Source of the DNA: an uncultured delta proteobacterium
GTDB taxonomy: Bacteria > Desulfobacterota > WTBG01 > CAIYCZ01
Direction of reading: 5' to 3'
Assembly (NCBI GenBank): GCA_963803975.1
Contig: CAWDOY010000014.1
Coordinates: 64,001 to 128,000, forward strand
DNA: 64,000 bases
Part shown: in pieces, positions 11,538 through 22,067 of the stretch
Layout: each line of letters starts with the position of its first letter
How positions within the stretch are numbered: position 1 is the first letter of the stretch
Position numbers and translations under genes: made by a program
The notes under the pieces: model-generated
Told to the model about the DNA's origin: nothing
The model's input: only the letters and a program-made list of their open reading frames with translations
The model's database searches: none

Positions 11538-12230
11538 TCAAGCTGTTCTTTTTTTCAAAAGTGCTTCTGCAATTATTAAGTCTTCTGGCGTAGTCACTTT
11601 TATATTATCATACGCTCCCATGATAATTTTCACCGGCCTGCCCAGCCGCGTAACCAGCGAACCTTCATCGGTTCCGATAAACCCGTCTTGAAGGGCCTTC
11701 TGATGCGCTTCCCGGATAAGCTGCAGCTCAAAGGTCTGCGGTGTCTGAATAGACCAGAGCAGGTTTCGCGGCAGGGTCTCTTGCACAAAGCCGGCCTCAT
11801 CCGTGGCCTGTATCGTATCCTTGACCGGAACTGCCGCGACCGTTGCCTGCCACTTTTTTGTCTCCGCAAGCGCACGCTCTATCAAATCAACGGTTATCAG
11901 GGGCCGCGCGCCGTCGTGTATGAGAACCAGGGAGGTATCTTGCGGCACCTGTTCCAGCAGGCGTCTGACCGACTCCTGCCGCACTTCACCTCCGGCTATT
12001 ATGGTGATCTTTTTTTTAAACAGAAATTTTCGCACCACTTCCGCCTCGCAGCCGGCCTCTTCGCCGGGCGCGACCGCAATAATGATCCGGTCTATAGAGG
12101 GTGCTCTGTCAAAGGCTGCCAGGGTATGGTAGAGCACCGGGCGGTTAGCGAGCAGCAGGTAGGGTTTCTTGACAGTGCTTCCCATGCGGCTGCCGCTGCC
12201 GGCTGCGGGGATCAGGGCGATATTCTTCAT
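11538..12230 (-). CDS. ispD: MEP cytidylyltransferase IspD
   Basis: PAAGSGSRM, LIHDGARP, IQTPQ, NIKVTTPED. Confidence 0.95.
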   Translation of the reverse strand: MKNIALIPAAGSGSRMGSTVKKPYLLLANRPVLYHTLAAFDRAPSIDRIIIAVAPGEEAGCEAEVVRKFLFKKKITIIAGGEVRQESVRRLLEQVPQDTSLVLIHDGARPLITVDLIERALAETKKWQATVAAVPVKDTIQATDEAGFVQETLPRNLLWSIQTPQTFELQLIREAHQKALQDGFIGTDEGSLVTRLGRPVKIIMGAYDNIKVTTPEDLIIAEALLKKRTA

Positions 12231-12298
12231 GAGACTAATTTAATCTGAGTTCCTAAGCTGTCAGAATTCATCCTGCAGTATCCAGACGCAAATGGTCA

Positions 12299-13330
12299 TT
12301 ACAATTTCTGCGGCGGGAAAATGTTTCCCGGGTTCTCACCCTTTACCGCGGTAAAAATCATCCGTCCGGCAGTGGTCTGGAGCACGCTCGTTACCGAAAC
12401 ATCAATCTCTTTGCCCTGATAGCGCTTCCCGTTCTCAACCACAACCATGGTGCCGTCATCAAGATACGCTACTCCCTGGCCCTGCTCTTTTCCTTCCCGC
12501 TGGATATAGACCTTCATGATTTCCCCGGGCAAAACCAGCGGCTTCACCGAAGAGGCCAGCTGATTGATGTTCAGCACGGCAACGCCCTGAATCTCTGCAA
12601 CTTTGTTCAGGTTAAAATCATTGGTCATAACCTTGGCGTTCATCTGTTTTGCCAGCGCCACCAGCTTGCCATCCACTTCCCTGATCTTGGGAAAATCCTG
12701 GTCAATAATCCTGACTTCGATGCTGGTCTGTTTCTGAAGTTTTTTAAGAACGTCCAGGCCGCGCCTGCCGCGGTTGCGCTTCAGCGAATCTGCTGAGTCT
12801 GCGATACTGGTCAGCTCCCGCAGGATAAACTGGGGAATGATAAGGGTGCCTTCAACAAGCCCGGTTTCACAGATATCGGCGATGCGGCCGTCAATAATCA
12901 CGCTCGTATCAAGAATCTTAAGGCTCTGCCCGCCGGCTTCCGTGCGCCCGAGAACCGGCCATCCGGACACATCCAGCTCTGCTCCCTTGGTGCCGCCGAC
13001 AGCCATCCCCAGATAGCCGCATACGGCATTTATAATCAGGCAAAAAAGAAGCGTTTGAAGGCCGCGGTCATCGCGAAATGATACCAGGGAATAGGTAAAA
13101 AGATTAGCTATGACAAGTCCAATAATAGTACCGAGGGCACCGGATATGATAATCTTCACCGGCGTCCCGCGCAGGCGCTGCCCCCACACCATGGCCCCTA
13201 TAGAGCACATTGCTCCTGCTGCAGCGCAGGCGGCGGCAGCCGGCATGGTGCTGAAAACGGATATGCCTAAAAACCACCCGCTGCAACTGCAAACCAGCAG
13301 TAACAGCACGCGTACAACAACGGTATGCAT
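12299..13330 (-). CDS. PIN/TRAM membrane protein (YacL-like)
   Basis: LDTSVIIDGRI, RGRRGLD, GVAYLDDGTMVVVE, QTTAGRMIF; lies between carD and ispD. Confidence 0.92.
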   Translation of the reverse strand: MHTVVVRVLLLLVCSCSGWFLGISVFSTMPAAAACAAAGAMCSIGAMVWGQRLRGTPVKIIISGALGTIIGLVIANLFTYSLVSFRDDRGLQTLLFCLIINAVCGYLGMAVGGTKGAELDVSGWPVLGRTEAGGQSLKILDTSVIIDGRIADICETGLVEGTLIIPQFILRELTSIADSADSLKRNRGRRGLDVLKKLQKQTSIEVRIIDQDFPKIREVDGKLVALAKQMNAKVMTNDFNLNKVAEIQGVAVLNINQLASSVKPLVLPGEIMKVYIQREGKEQGQGVAYLDDGTMVVVENGKRYQGKEIDVSVTSVLQTTAGRMIFTAVKGENPGNIFPPQKL

Positions 13331-13575
13331 AGGCTGTTCACCTTCTTTCCTTCTATCGTTCCCCGCCGGTTTTTTGTGTGCGGTACCGGCGTTCGATTTG
13401 GTTACCGGCCATAAATAATAGGGCACTGTCAGCGCTGCGGTGCAATATAAAACAGTACTGTTGGAGGATAGTTCGCTGCTGAATCTGTGTGCAGGGGTAT
13501 GGTTAAAAATAGGTTTACTGGTATCCGCGGGAAAAAAGCTTTCAGGGGAATGATGTGAAACGGGATAGGTCAGGC

Positions 13576-14067
13576 TCAGCAGCTCCTCTGTTCAAAAAGC
13601 GCCTCAATATGTTTTTCTACGCGTTCTTCCGTGCTCTTCTGCGCCACCGACAGCTCTTTCACCAGGAGCCCCTTGGCCATGTCGAGCATGCGCCGCTCAC
13701 CAAAAGAGAGGTCCTTGCCCACCCGCAGCAATAAAAGATCCCGCAGCACCGATGCTACCTCAAATACCGAGCCGGTCCTGATTTTCTCCATATATTCCCG
13801 GTACCGTCTATTCCAGGTTTGTGAGTCAGAGGGCAGGGCCTTTTCCTTGAGTATTTTATAAACCCGGGTCACCTCTTTATCCGAAGCGATGCCGCGCAGC
13901 CCTACCTGGATGGCATTATCAGTGGGAATCAGAATGGTCATGCCATTGCTGAACAGGCGCAGAATATAGAACGATTGCTCTTTACCGGAAAAGGTTTTCG
14001 TCTCGATTGCATCAATGACACCAACGCCGTGTGCCGGGTAAACGGCCCTATCTCCTACTTTAAACAT
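13576..14067 (-). CDS. carD: CarD family transcriptional regulator
   Basis: MFKVGDRAVYPAHGVG, TWNRRYREY, LSFGERRML. Confidence 0.93.
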   Translation of the reverse strand: MFKVGDRAVYPAHGVGVIDAIETKTFSGKEQSFYILRLFSNGMTILIPTDNAIQVGLRGIASDKEVTRVYKILKEKALPSDSQTWNRRYREYMEKIRTGSVFEVASVLRDLLLLRVGKDLSFGERRMLDMAKGLLVKELSVAQKSTEERVEKHIEALFEQRSC

Positions 14068-14399
14068 GGGACCCCTCCTTTGTTCCGCAATCATGCAGTT
14101 ATCTGGTGCTTCTTTTTTTGCTGTATTACACTGCTCTCTTTTCTGCATAGAAAGGCTCAATTCTAGATTACGAAGTCATGCACTATCAAATATATACACA
14201 GAATGTTGAGTGAAGTGGAAGCGCTGCTGGTGGTGTATCCTGAGCTCGTGCCGGGTAGAATCTGTCGGTTTCTCTCAGGATGGCCCCTGTCGTTTTTTAT
14301 ACGAATACTACCTATATCAAATTTTCCGGAAAAACACAACCGTTTTCTTTCGGAAAATTCATGGCCAAATCGCGGCAGGTGCTGCGCGGTCTGTTCGCA

Positions 14400-14547
14400 G
14401 GTTGTTGAAAAAGCTGTTTTTTCCCGGCTGGTCAAAAACATCCGGATGCACGGCGCACGAAATCAAGAGGAATGAGTCGTGCGTTACCGTACGTCGCAAT
14501 GACGAGGGATGAGCGCAACGCAGCCAGATGGGTGTTTTTCAACAGCC
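14400..14547 (-). repeat. MITE-like repeat, copy C
   Basis: Begins 2 nt after the nuoN stop. Confidence 0.85.
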
Positions 14548-14549
14548 GG

Positions 14550-16022
14550 TTAGAGAAACATTTTAATGGAGTCTTGCGCTAACTGCAGGTAGGATGAAGG
14601 GAAAAGGCCCATCTGCACGGTGAAAAAAATAGCGATAAGCAATACGCCGGCGAGTGCCGGGTACAGGAAAACAGCTGCCTCTTCAGCCCCGGATTCAGGC
14701 TCCTGCATAAACATCATCACGGTTACGCGCAGATAATAATAGACACTCACCAGGCTGTTGAGGACCGCAATTATGGTTAACCCGATATATCCCTCTTTGA
14801 CCGCGGCACTGAAAATATAAAATTTTCCCATAAACCCGCTGAACGGCGGAATTCCCGCCAGAGAAAACATGAAGACTGCCATGGCTGCACCCAGCGCCAG
14901 ATGCCTCGAACCAAGGCCTGCATACGCACTAAGATTAAGATTCTTTTCGCCTTTCTGCTCGATGGCGATGACCACCGCAAATGCGCCGATGTTCATGAGC
15001 GTGTAGACCAGCAGATAGTAGAGCACCGCTCCGGTGCCCGCCGCGCCCCCGGCCACAACGCCGATCAGGATATAGCCGGCATGGGCTATTGAAGAATAGG
15101 CGAGCATCCGCTTGATATTGGTCTGCCGGAGCGCCGCCACATTGCCGATGGTCATGGTCAGCACACTGCCAATCCATAAAAGCTCTTTCCAGTGTGGGCT
15201 AAGGGCTGCCAGACTCCCCGCAAATACCCGCAGCAGCGCGGCAAATGCAGCTGCTTTTACGCCCACGGACATAAATCCGGTAATGGGGGTGGGGGCTCCC
15301 TCATATACATCCGGCGCCCACATGTGAAAAGGCGCCATGGCGATTTTAAAGCCAAAACCGGTGAGCAGGAGTCCCATTCCTGCCAGAAGCATCGGCTCCC
15401 GCAGTATCTGCTTCTGGGCCAGCACGCTGCCGATGTCGGCAAGACGGGTGCTGCCGCACGCGCCGTAAAGCAGCGCTATGCCATAGAGCAGAAATCCCGT
15501 GGAAAAAGCCCCCAGCATAAAATATTTCAGCGAACTCTCCGCGCTCCGGGTGCTGTCCTGCGCCATGCCTGCCAGTACGTACAGGGAAACGCTTAACACC
15601 TCAAGGCCCAGAAAGAGCATGATCAGGTCTGTGCTCTGCGCCATAAGCACCATCCCGGTGGTGGCAAAAAGCGTCAGGGTATAATATTCACCGGCGGCGA
15701 TCCCCTGAGCGCGCACATAGCCGCTGCTCATAAGAAGCGTCAGTCCTCCGGCAATTAAAAACAGGGTGGTAAAAAACGTAGAAAAGTTATCCGCCACCAC
15801 CATGCCATAAAAACCGTACGCAGCCTCCTTGCCCCAGAAAGAGGCGCTCACCGCCAGCGCCCCGAGCATGCCGACAAACCCGATCCACATAAGAAACGGC
15901 TGTTCCGAATCGCTTTTGACAAACAAATCGGTCATCATGATTCCCAGTGCTGCCAACACCAGCACCACTTCAGGCCCGATAATACTTAACATGGCGGTAC
16001 TGATCTCAATTCCCATCTGCAC
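14550..16022 (-). CDS. nuoN: Complex I subunit N
   Basis: ESSLKYF, FKIAMAPFHMWAPDVYEGAP, KRMLAYSSIAHAGY. Confidence 0.95.
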   Translation of the reverse strand: MQMGIEISTAMLSIIGPEVVLVLAALGIMMTDLFVKSDSEQPFLMWIGFVGMLGALAVSASFWGKEAAYGFYGMVVADNFSTFFTTLFLIAGGLTLLMSSGYVRAQGIAAGEYYTLTLFATTGMVLMAQSTDLIMLFLGLEVLSVSLYVLAGMAQDSTRSAESSLKYFMLGAFSTGFLLYGIALLYGACGSTRLADIGSVLAQKQILREPMLLAGMGLLLTGFGFKIAMAPFHMWAPDVYEGAPTPITGFMSVGVKAAAFAALLRVFAGSLAALSPHWKELLWIGSVLTMTIGNVAALRQTNIKRMLAYSSIAHAGYILIGVVAGGAAGTGAVLYYLLVYTLMNIGAFAVVIAIEQKGEKNLNLSAYAGLGSRHLALGAAMAVFMFSLAGIPPFSGFMGKFYIFSAAVKEGYIGLTIIAVLNSLVSVYYYLRVTVMMFMQEPESGAEEAAVFLYPALAGVLLIAIFFTVQMGLFPSSYLQLAQDSIKMFL

Positions 16023-16037
16023 ACTCTCCCTTTAGCA

Positions 16038-16184
16038 GGTTGTTGAAAAAGTTGTTTTCCCCGGGCTATTTAAAAATGCCCAGATGCAAGGCCCCCGAAA
16101 TCCTGAGAAGTGAGGCGTACTTCAGGGTACGCCGCAACGACGAAGGACGAGGGAAACGCCGCAGATGGGCGTTTTTCAACAGCC
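16038..16184 (-). repeat. MITE-like repeat, copy D (most divergent)
   Basis: Between nuoM and nuoN, 2 nt after the nuoM stop. Confidence 0.8.
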
Positions 16185-16186
16185 CG

Positions 16187-17759
16187 TTAGTTATGGTGCT
16201 GGGTTGTAGGATTCTGCGGCGCTGTTGCCGCAGCGGGCTTCCCGGCAATCGGCACTGCTGCCGGCCTCAGCGCGGTCGTGCGCTCTTCAACCCGCTTGAG
16301 CACCAGCTTCAGCGACGGCTCGATCCGGTCAATGTAGGGTTTCGGATACACCCCGAACTGGATAATGAAAAAAACCATTACCAGCAGCAGTGCTGCCTCC
16401 CGGAGGTTCAGATCCTTGAGCCCCCGGTTTTCTTCCTTGTCAACTTCACCAAACATGACCCGCTGAAACATCCACAGCATGTACACTGCCGCCAGTATCA
16501 CACCCAGTCCGGCCACCACTGCCCACAGCGGTTCCGCCTGGAATGCACCCAGCAGCACCAGAAATTCTCCGACAAATCCGTTCAGTCCCGGTAGTCCTAT
16601 GGAGCTTAAGGCAACTATCAGAAAGAAGGTGGCAAATACCGGCATCACCGTGCTCAGGCCGCCGAAATCTGCAATCATGCGCGTGTGGCGGCGCTCATAA
16701 ATCATGCCGACGATTAAAAAGAGCGCTCCGGTTGAGAACCCGTGGTTGAGCATCTGCAGCATCGCGCCGGTCATGCCTTCAACATTCAGAGCAAAGATCC
16801 CGAGCACCACAAACCCCATGTGGCTCACCGAGCTGAAAGCCACCAGCCGCTTGACGTCAACCTGCACCATGGCAACCAGGGCGCCGTAAATAATGCCCAC
16901 CAGAGAAAGCCCTGCCAGAAGCGGCACAAACATGACGGTTGCCTCTGGAAACAGGGGCAGGTTAAAGCGCAAAAACCCGTAGGTCCCCATTTTAAGCAGC
17001 ACCGCTGCCAGCAGCACGCTGCCCACGGTCGGCGCCTCGGTATGGGCATCCGGCAGCCAGGTATGAAAGGGAAACATGGGCACTTTAATCGCAAAGGCCA
17101 GGCCAAAGGCGAGAAACAGCCAGATCTGCATCGAGAGCGGCAGCTTCAGGTTATACCAGGACATGAGATCAAACGTGTACATGCCGGTGGTTTTGCCGTG
17201 ATAGAAATAGATCACCAGAATCGCAACCAGCATCAGCAGGCTGCCAAACATGGTGAAAAGAAAGAACTTGACTGCGGCATAGATGCGGCGCGCCGGGATT
17301 TCCCCAGATGCCGATGAGCAGATACATGGGGATAAGCATGACTTCCCAGAAAACATAAAACAGGAACAGATCCAGGGCAACAAATACGCCGATCATGCCG
17401 GTTTCAAGAAAGAGCAGGCAGATCATGAATTCCTTGACCCGCACCTTTATGTCGCTCCAGCTCGCAGCCATTGCCACCACTGACAGCAGCGTGCTCAGCA
17501 GCACCAGAAACAGGCTGATCCCGTCTATGCCGACCCGGTAGGTTATCCCCAGCCCCGGCACCCAGGGAAGCGTCTCCACCAGCTGAAAGCCGCCTTCTCC
17601 TGCCACAAACCGGGTAAACAGCCCCAGGGATAAAAGAAAGGTTACCACGCTGGTGGTGAGAGCGATGCCCCTCAAGAGCCCTGGTTTTTCCCGCGGCCCC
17701 AGCGCAATCAGGACAGCGCCCGCAAGCGGTAAAAAGATAAGTAAGCTGATTAATCCCAT
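16187..17759 (-). CDS. nuoM: Complex I subunit M (apparent frameshift near 17300)
   Basis: GIDGISL, FYVFWE; second frame KVPMFPFHTWLPDAHTEAPT. Confidence 0.93.
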
Positions 17760-17798
17760 GTGTTCCTGCCTCTCATAACTGCCGCTGAAAGGGTATCC

Positions 17799-19712
17799 TT
17801 AGGTTAAGAAAAAGATGATATAAAAGATTGCCACCACGCCCCCGACGATCCCCAGGGCATACTCCTGAACCTGGCCGGTCTGCAGCCTGCGCAGCGCCCC
17901 GCTGGCACCCTGCACCAGCGCTGCTGTTCCATTCACCGCGCCATCTATTACCTTTTCATCAAACCGCCGCCAGAGCCATAGTGAGCTGTTTTTGATCGGC
18001 TGAATAAACAGGGCATCGTATGCTTCATCCACAAAGTACTTGTTGTAGACCAGCCGGTAGAGCGAGCTGAAGAGCGCAGAGAGCTTTTCCGGTAAAAGAG
18101 GATTCTTTATATACATGACCCACGCAAGCCCGATGCCGGAGATCGCTATTCCCAGGGACACGATCATCATGGTGATTTCGAGTCCGACCTCATGCACAGC
18201 ATGCGCTGCCGGAGCAGCATGTCCGGCAGCGCTGAACAGCGGCTGGAGAAATTCTTTCAGCTGGTTTCCCCCCGCTATAAGCGGGAGCCCGATCCAGCCG
18301 CCCGCAACAGACAAGACCGCCAAAGCGCACAGCGGCAGGATCATGCTGCCCGGGCTTTCATGAACATGCACATGGCTTTCGATGCGGCTCTCGCCGTGAA
18401 AGGTCATGAACACGGCCCGGAACATATAAAATGCGGTCATGAAGGCACCGATTGCTCCGCCCAGCCACAGCACCGGGCTTTTCTGCAGCGCTGCCCAGAG
18501 GATTTCGTCTTTACTGAAGAACCCGGCAAAGGGGAAAATGCCTGCCAGGGCCAGGGTGCCGATAAGAAACGTCCCGTAGGTCCAGGGCATCTTCGTCTTC
18601 AGGCCCCCCATCTTGCGCATGTCAAGCTCGCCGGACATGCCGTGCATCACGCTTCCGGCCCCCAGAAAGAGCAGGGCTTTAAAAAACGCATGGGTGACGA
18701 GATGAAAAATTCCGGCCGTGAACACGCCCACCCCGCAGGCCAGAAACATGTACCCGAGCTGGCTGATGGTGGAATAGGCCAGCACCCGCTTGATGTCGTT
18801 CTGCAACAGCCCGATGCTGGCGGCAAAGAGCGCGGTCAGGCAGCCGATAATAGCCACGACCTCCATGCTGATGGGCGCCATGCTATAGAGCGTTGCGCAG
18901 CGCGCGACCATATACACACCGGCAGTGACCATGGTTGCCGCGTGGATGAGGGCCGAGACCGGCGTCGGGCCTTCCATGGCATCAGGCAGCCACACATACA
19001 GGGGAATCTGCGCTGACTTGCCGCACGCCCCCACAAAGAGCAGCAGCGTCATGAGCGTCACCGCCAGCCCCCCTTTTTCCAGCACCTGGGGCGCGGCGGC
19101 AAACACTTTGTTGAAATCAAGGGTGTTAAAGGTGACAAAGATGAGCAGCATGGCCAGCAGAAACCCATAGTCTCCCACCCGGTTCACCACAAAGGCTTTT
19201 TTGCCGGCATCAGCCGGTGCCTGGCGCTGATACCAGAACCCGATCAGCAGATAGGAGCACAGTCCCACGCCTTCCCAGCCCACAAACATGAGCAGGAAGC
19301 TGTTGGCGGAAACCAGAATCAGCATGAAGAAGACAAACAGGTTGAGATAGGTAAAGTAGCGCCTGAAACCCTCATCTTCCGCCATATAGCCGGTGGAATA
19401 GACATGAATGATAAAGGACACCCCTGATACCGTGAGCATCATCACCAGGGACAGGGGATCGACCAGAAAGCCCGCATTCACCTGCAGGCTGCCGCACCCT
19501 ATCCAGGTAAACAGCACCACCTCGGAAATCCGATCTGCGCTGCCGCGGCCGGCCACTTCCACAAATATCAGGCAGGCGGTTATAAATGATCCCAGAATTG
19601 CCAGGCTGCCGATGGCGCCGATCACTTTTCGCGGAAGCTTGATTCCTGCCAGGCCGTTTATCACAACCCCCAGCAGGGGAAACAGTACCACCAGCCAAAT
19701 TTTATCTATCAT
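17799..19712 (-). CDS. nuoL: Complex I subunit L
   Basis: GKSAQIPLYVWLPDAMEGPTPVSALIHAATMV, HAFFKALLF. Confidence 0.96.
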   Translation of the reverse strand: MIDKIWLVVLFPLLGVVINGLAGIKLPRKVIGAIGSLAILGSFITACLIFVEVAGRGSADRISEVVLFTWIGCGSLQVNAGFLVDPLSLVMMLTVSGVSFIIHVYSTGYMAEDEGFRRYFTYLNLFVFFMLILVSANSFLLMFVGWEGVGLCSYLLIGFWYQRQAPADAGKKAFVVNRVGDYGFLLAMLLIFVTFNTLDFNKVFAAAPQVLEKGGLAVTLMTLLLFVGACGKSAQIPLYVWLPDAMEGPTPVSALIHAATMVTAGVYMVARCATLYSMAPISMEVVAIIGCLTALFAASIGLLQNDIKRVLAYSTISQLGYMFLACGVGVFTAGIFHLVTHAFFKALLFLGAGSVMHGMSGELDMRKMGGLKTKMPWTYGTFLIGTLALAGIFPFAGFFSKDEILWAALQKSPVLWLGGAIGAFMTAFYMFRAVFMTFHGESRIESHVHVHESPGSMILPLCALAVLSVAGGWIGLPLIAGGNQLKEFLQPLFSAAGHAAPAAHAVHEVGLEITMMIVSLGIAISGIGLAWVMYIKNPLLPEKLSALFSSLYRLVYNKYFVDEAYDALFIQPIKNSSLWLWRRFDEKVIDGAVNGTAALVQGASGALRRLQTGQVQEYALGIVGGVVAIFYIIFFLT

Positions 19713-19746
19713 GGTGTCTCCCGACCCTGTATGGTTTTGCCCGCGT

Positions 19747-20050
19747 TTACCATTTTAATAAATCAATTTCATCCACATTAATCGTCTGCCGCCGCCGGTA
19801 CAGGCTCAAGATGATTGCCAGGCCCACCGCTGCTTCAGCCGCGGCCACGGTCATGATAAAAAACACAAACACCTGGCCGTCAATGCTGCCCTGGCTGCGG
19901 CTCAAGAGCGATGAAGGTCAGATTAACGGCGTTGAGCATGAGCTCGATGCACATAAATACGACGATGGCATTGCGCCGGATAAATACTCCCGCCACGCCA
20001 ATGCTGAAGAGCACTGCTCCGAGTGCTAAATACTGGGTTGTCCCAACCAT
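19747..20050 (-). CDS. nuoK: Complex I subunit K (apparent frameshift near 19905; absent from ORF track)
   Basis: [20 protein letters not shown] then [23 protein letters not shown]...LKW*. Confidence 0.9.
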
Positions 20051-20062
20051 AACGACTCCTTG

Positions 20063-20566
20063 TTAGTCCCGCTTTCCGGCAAGCACCAGTGCGCCCACAA
20101 TAGCCGCGAGCAGCAGTATTGATGTTACCTCAAAGGGCAGCAGGTATTTGGTGAACAGTAGTTCCGCTACTGCCTGGGTATTGCCCGGCACGCCGGATAC
20201 CTGCTCCGGCGCCATTGCGCGCAGCGCCTTCACTGCCCCGCCGCCCAGAAGCAGCAGGAGCAGCAGCCCGGTGCCGACCAGGCTGCAGGCTTTGAATGCC
20301 ACCCGGGACAAGCCCTGGCTGCGCACTTCCGCATCAAGGTTTAACAGCATGATGACAAATAAAAACAGCACCATGATGGCACCGGCGTACACAATCACCT
20401 GAACTGCTGCTAAAAACTCCGCTCCGAGCAGCACATAGAGCAGGGCCAGGCTCACAAACACCACCACCAGACAGAGCGCGCTGTGCACCGGATTGCGCTT
20501 GAGTATCATCATGACCGCAAAGATGACGGCAATGCCTCCCCATAACCAAAACAGCAGCTGCTCCAT
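20063..20566 (-). CDS. nuoJ: Complex I subunit J
   Basis: NPVHSAL, QVIVYAGAIMVLFLFVIML, YLLPFE. Confidence 0.93.
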   Translation of the reverse strand: MEQLLFWLWGGIAVIFAVMMILKRNPVHSALCLVVVFVSLALLYVLLGAEFLAAVQVIVYAGAIMVLFLFVIMLLNLDAEVRSQGLSRVAFKACSLVGTGLLLLLLLGGGAVKALRAMAPEQVSGVPGNTQAVAELLFTKYLLPFEVTSILLLAAIVGALVLAGKRD

Positions 20567-20582
20567 AGGTTTCTCCTGTTGC

Positions 20583-21050
20583 CTATTTCCCGGAGAGCCG
20601 GCTCTCCAGGCTGAACGTTGTCGACCGCTCGGCACCTTTCGGGAGCTGCGGCTCCTGCAAGAGCGCCTCTTTGCCATAGATACTGCCGTCCCGCGTGTAC
20701 TCGGCGAGCTCATAGGCACCGGTCATAATAATCGCGGACACCGGGCAGGCCTCCACACAAAAGCCGCAGAAGATGCAGCGGTTTAAGTCAATTTCATATA
20801 CTGCGGGATATTTCTCGTGGCGCTCATTCTCCGCCCCTTCCACGCGGATGCACTGGGCCGGACATACGGTGGCGCACAGACAGCAGGCCACACACTTTTC
20901 CCGCCCCTTTTCCTCATCCCACAGCAGCTGCTGCCGCCCGCGCCAGCGCGGCCCTGCCTCCCAGCGCTCTTCCGGGTACTTCATGGTTACGGGCCGGGTA
21001 AAAAAGTATTTTAAGGTAACCGACAGTCCCTTCAGTAAAGGCCACAGCAT
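20583..21050 (-). CDS. nuoI: Complex I subunit I
   Basis: CVACCLCATVCP and CIFCGFCVEACP. Confidence 0.95.
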   Translation of the reverse strand: MLWPLLKGLSVTLKYFFTRPVTMKYPEERWEAGPRWRGRQQLLWDEEKGREKCVACCLCATVCPAQCIRVEGAENERHEKYPAVYEIDLNRCIFCGFCVEACPVSAIIMTGAYELAEYTRDGSIYGKEALLQEPQLPKGAERSTTFSLESRLSGK

Positions 21051-21072
21051 CTGGTTTCTCCTTCTATTCTTC

Positions 21073-22059
21073 TTATCCCCATATCACCATGCCAATGCCC
21101 GTCACCACGATGTTCAGCAGCGCCACCGGGAAGAGCACTTTCCAGCCGAACTTCATGAGCTGGTCATAGCGAAAGCGGGGAAAGGTTGCACGCACCCAAA
21201 TGAAGCAAAACATCATGGCAAACACCTTCAGCATAAACCACACAATGCCCGGCAGCACCGGGCCGCGCCACCCGCCCAGAAAGAGCGTTGCTGCCAGAGC
21301 GCTCACCACAATCATGTGCGCATATTCTGCCATAAAGAAGAGCGCAAATTTCATGCTCGAATATTCCACATGAAAGCCGGCCACCAGCTCGTTTTCTGCT
21401 TCCGGCAGATCAAACGGGTTGCGGTTACATTCCGCAAAGGCGCAGATTACAAAGATGAGAAAGCCGATGGGCTGTTTCACGATGTACCAGATATCCTGCC
21501 CGGCCACGATATCGGTGGGCCGCAGGCTTCCCGCGTGCATCAGCACGCCGATAATAGAGAGCCCGGTGGCGAGCTCATAGCTGATCATCTGAGCGGAAGC
21601 CCGGAGCCCCCCCAGCAGCGCATATTTGCTGTTTGACGACCAGCCGGCAAGGGTTATGCCGTAGACGCTGAGCGAGCTTAAGGCAAAGATATAGAGAACC
21701 CCGATGTCCACATCAGCCACCCGCAGGTATATTTTCTCCCCAAACACGTCTATATAATCGCCAAACGGCACCACGGCAATTGAAGCGCAGGCAGCAATCA
21801 TGACGATCATGGGCGACAGTATATAGAGGAATTTATTGGCGCTGCTCACCACAATATCTTCTTTAAAAAAAAGCTTAATGCCGTCAGCGATCGGCTGCAG
21901 CAGCCCGTGCCAGCCAACGCGCAGGGGGCCGCAGCGCACCTGCATGTGCCCCAGAACCTTGCGCTCCAGCCAGGTCGAATAGGCGACACAGAGGAGCAGG
22001 CAGACAAACACGATCACTACTTTTGCCAGCGCTATCCCTATTGCAAGTAAGCTCATCAC
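21073..22059 (-). CDS. nuoH: Complex I subunit H
   Basis: ERKVLG, QPIADGIKL, PFDLPEAENELVAG. Confidence 0.96.
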   Translation of the reverse strand: MMSLLAIGIALAKVVIVFVCLLLCVAYSTWLERKVLGHMQVRCGPLRVGWHGLLQPIADGIKLFFKEDIVVSSANKFLYILSPMIVMIAACASIAVVPFGDYIDVFGEKIYLRVADVDIGVLYIFALSSLSVYGITLAGWSSNSKYALLGGLRASAQMISYELATGLSIIGVLMHAGSLRPTDIVAGQDIWYIVKQPIGFLIFVICAFAECNRNPFDLPEAENELVAGFHVEYSSMKFALFFMAEYAHMIVVSALAATLFLGGWRGPVLPGIVWFMLKVFAMMFCFIWVRATFPRFRYDQLMKFGWKVLFPVALLNIVVTGIGMVIWG

Positions 22060-22067
22060 GTGAATCC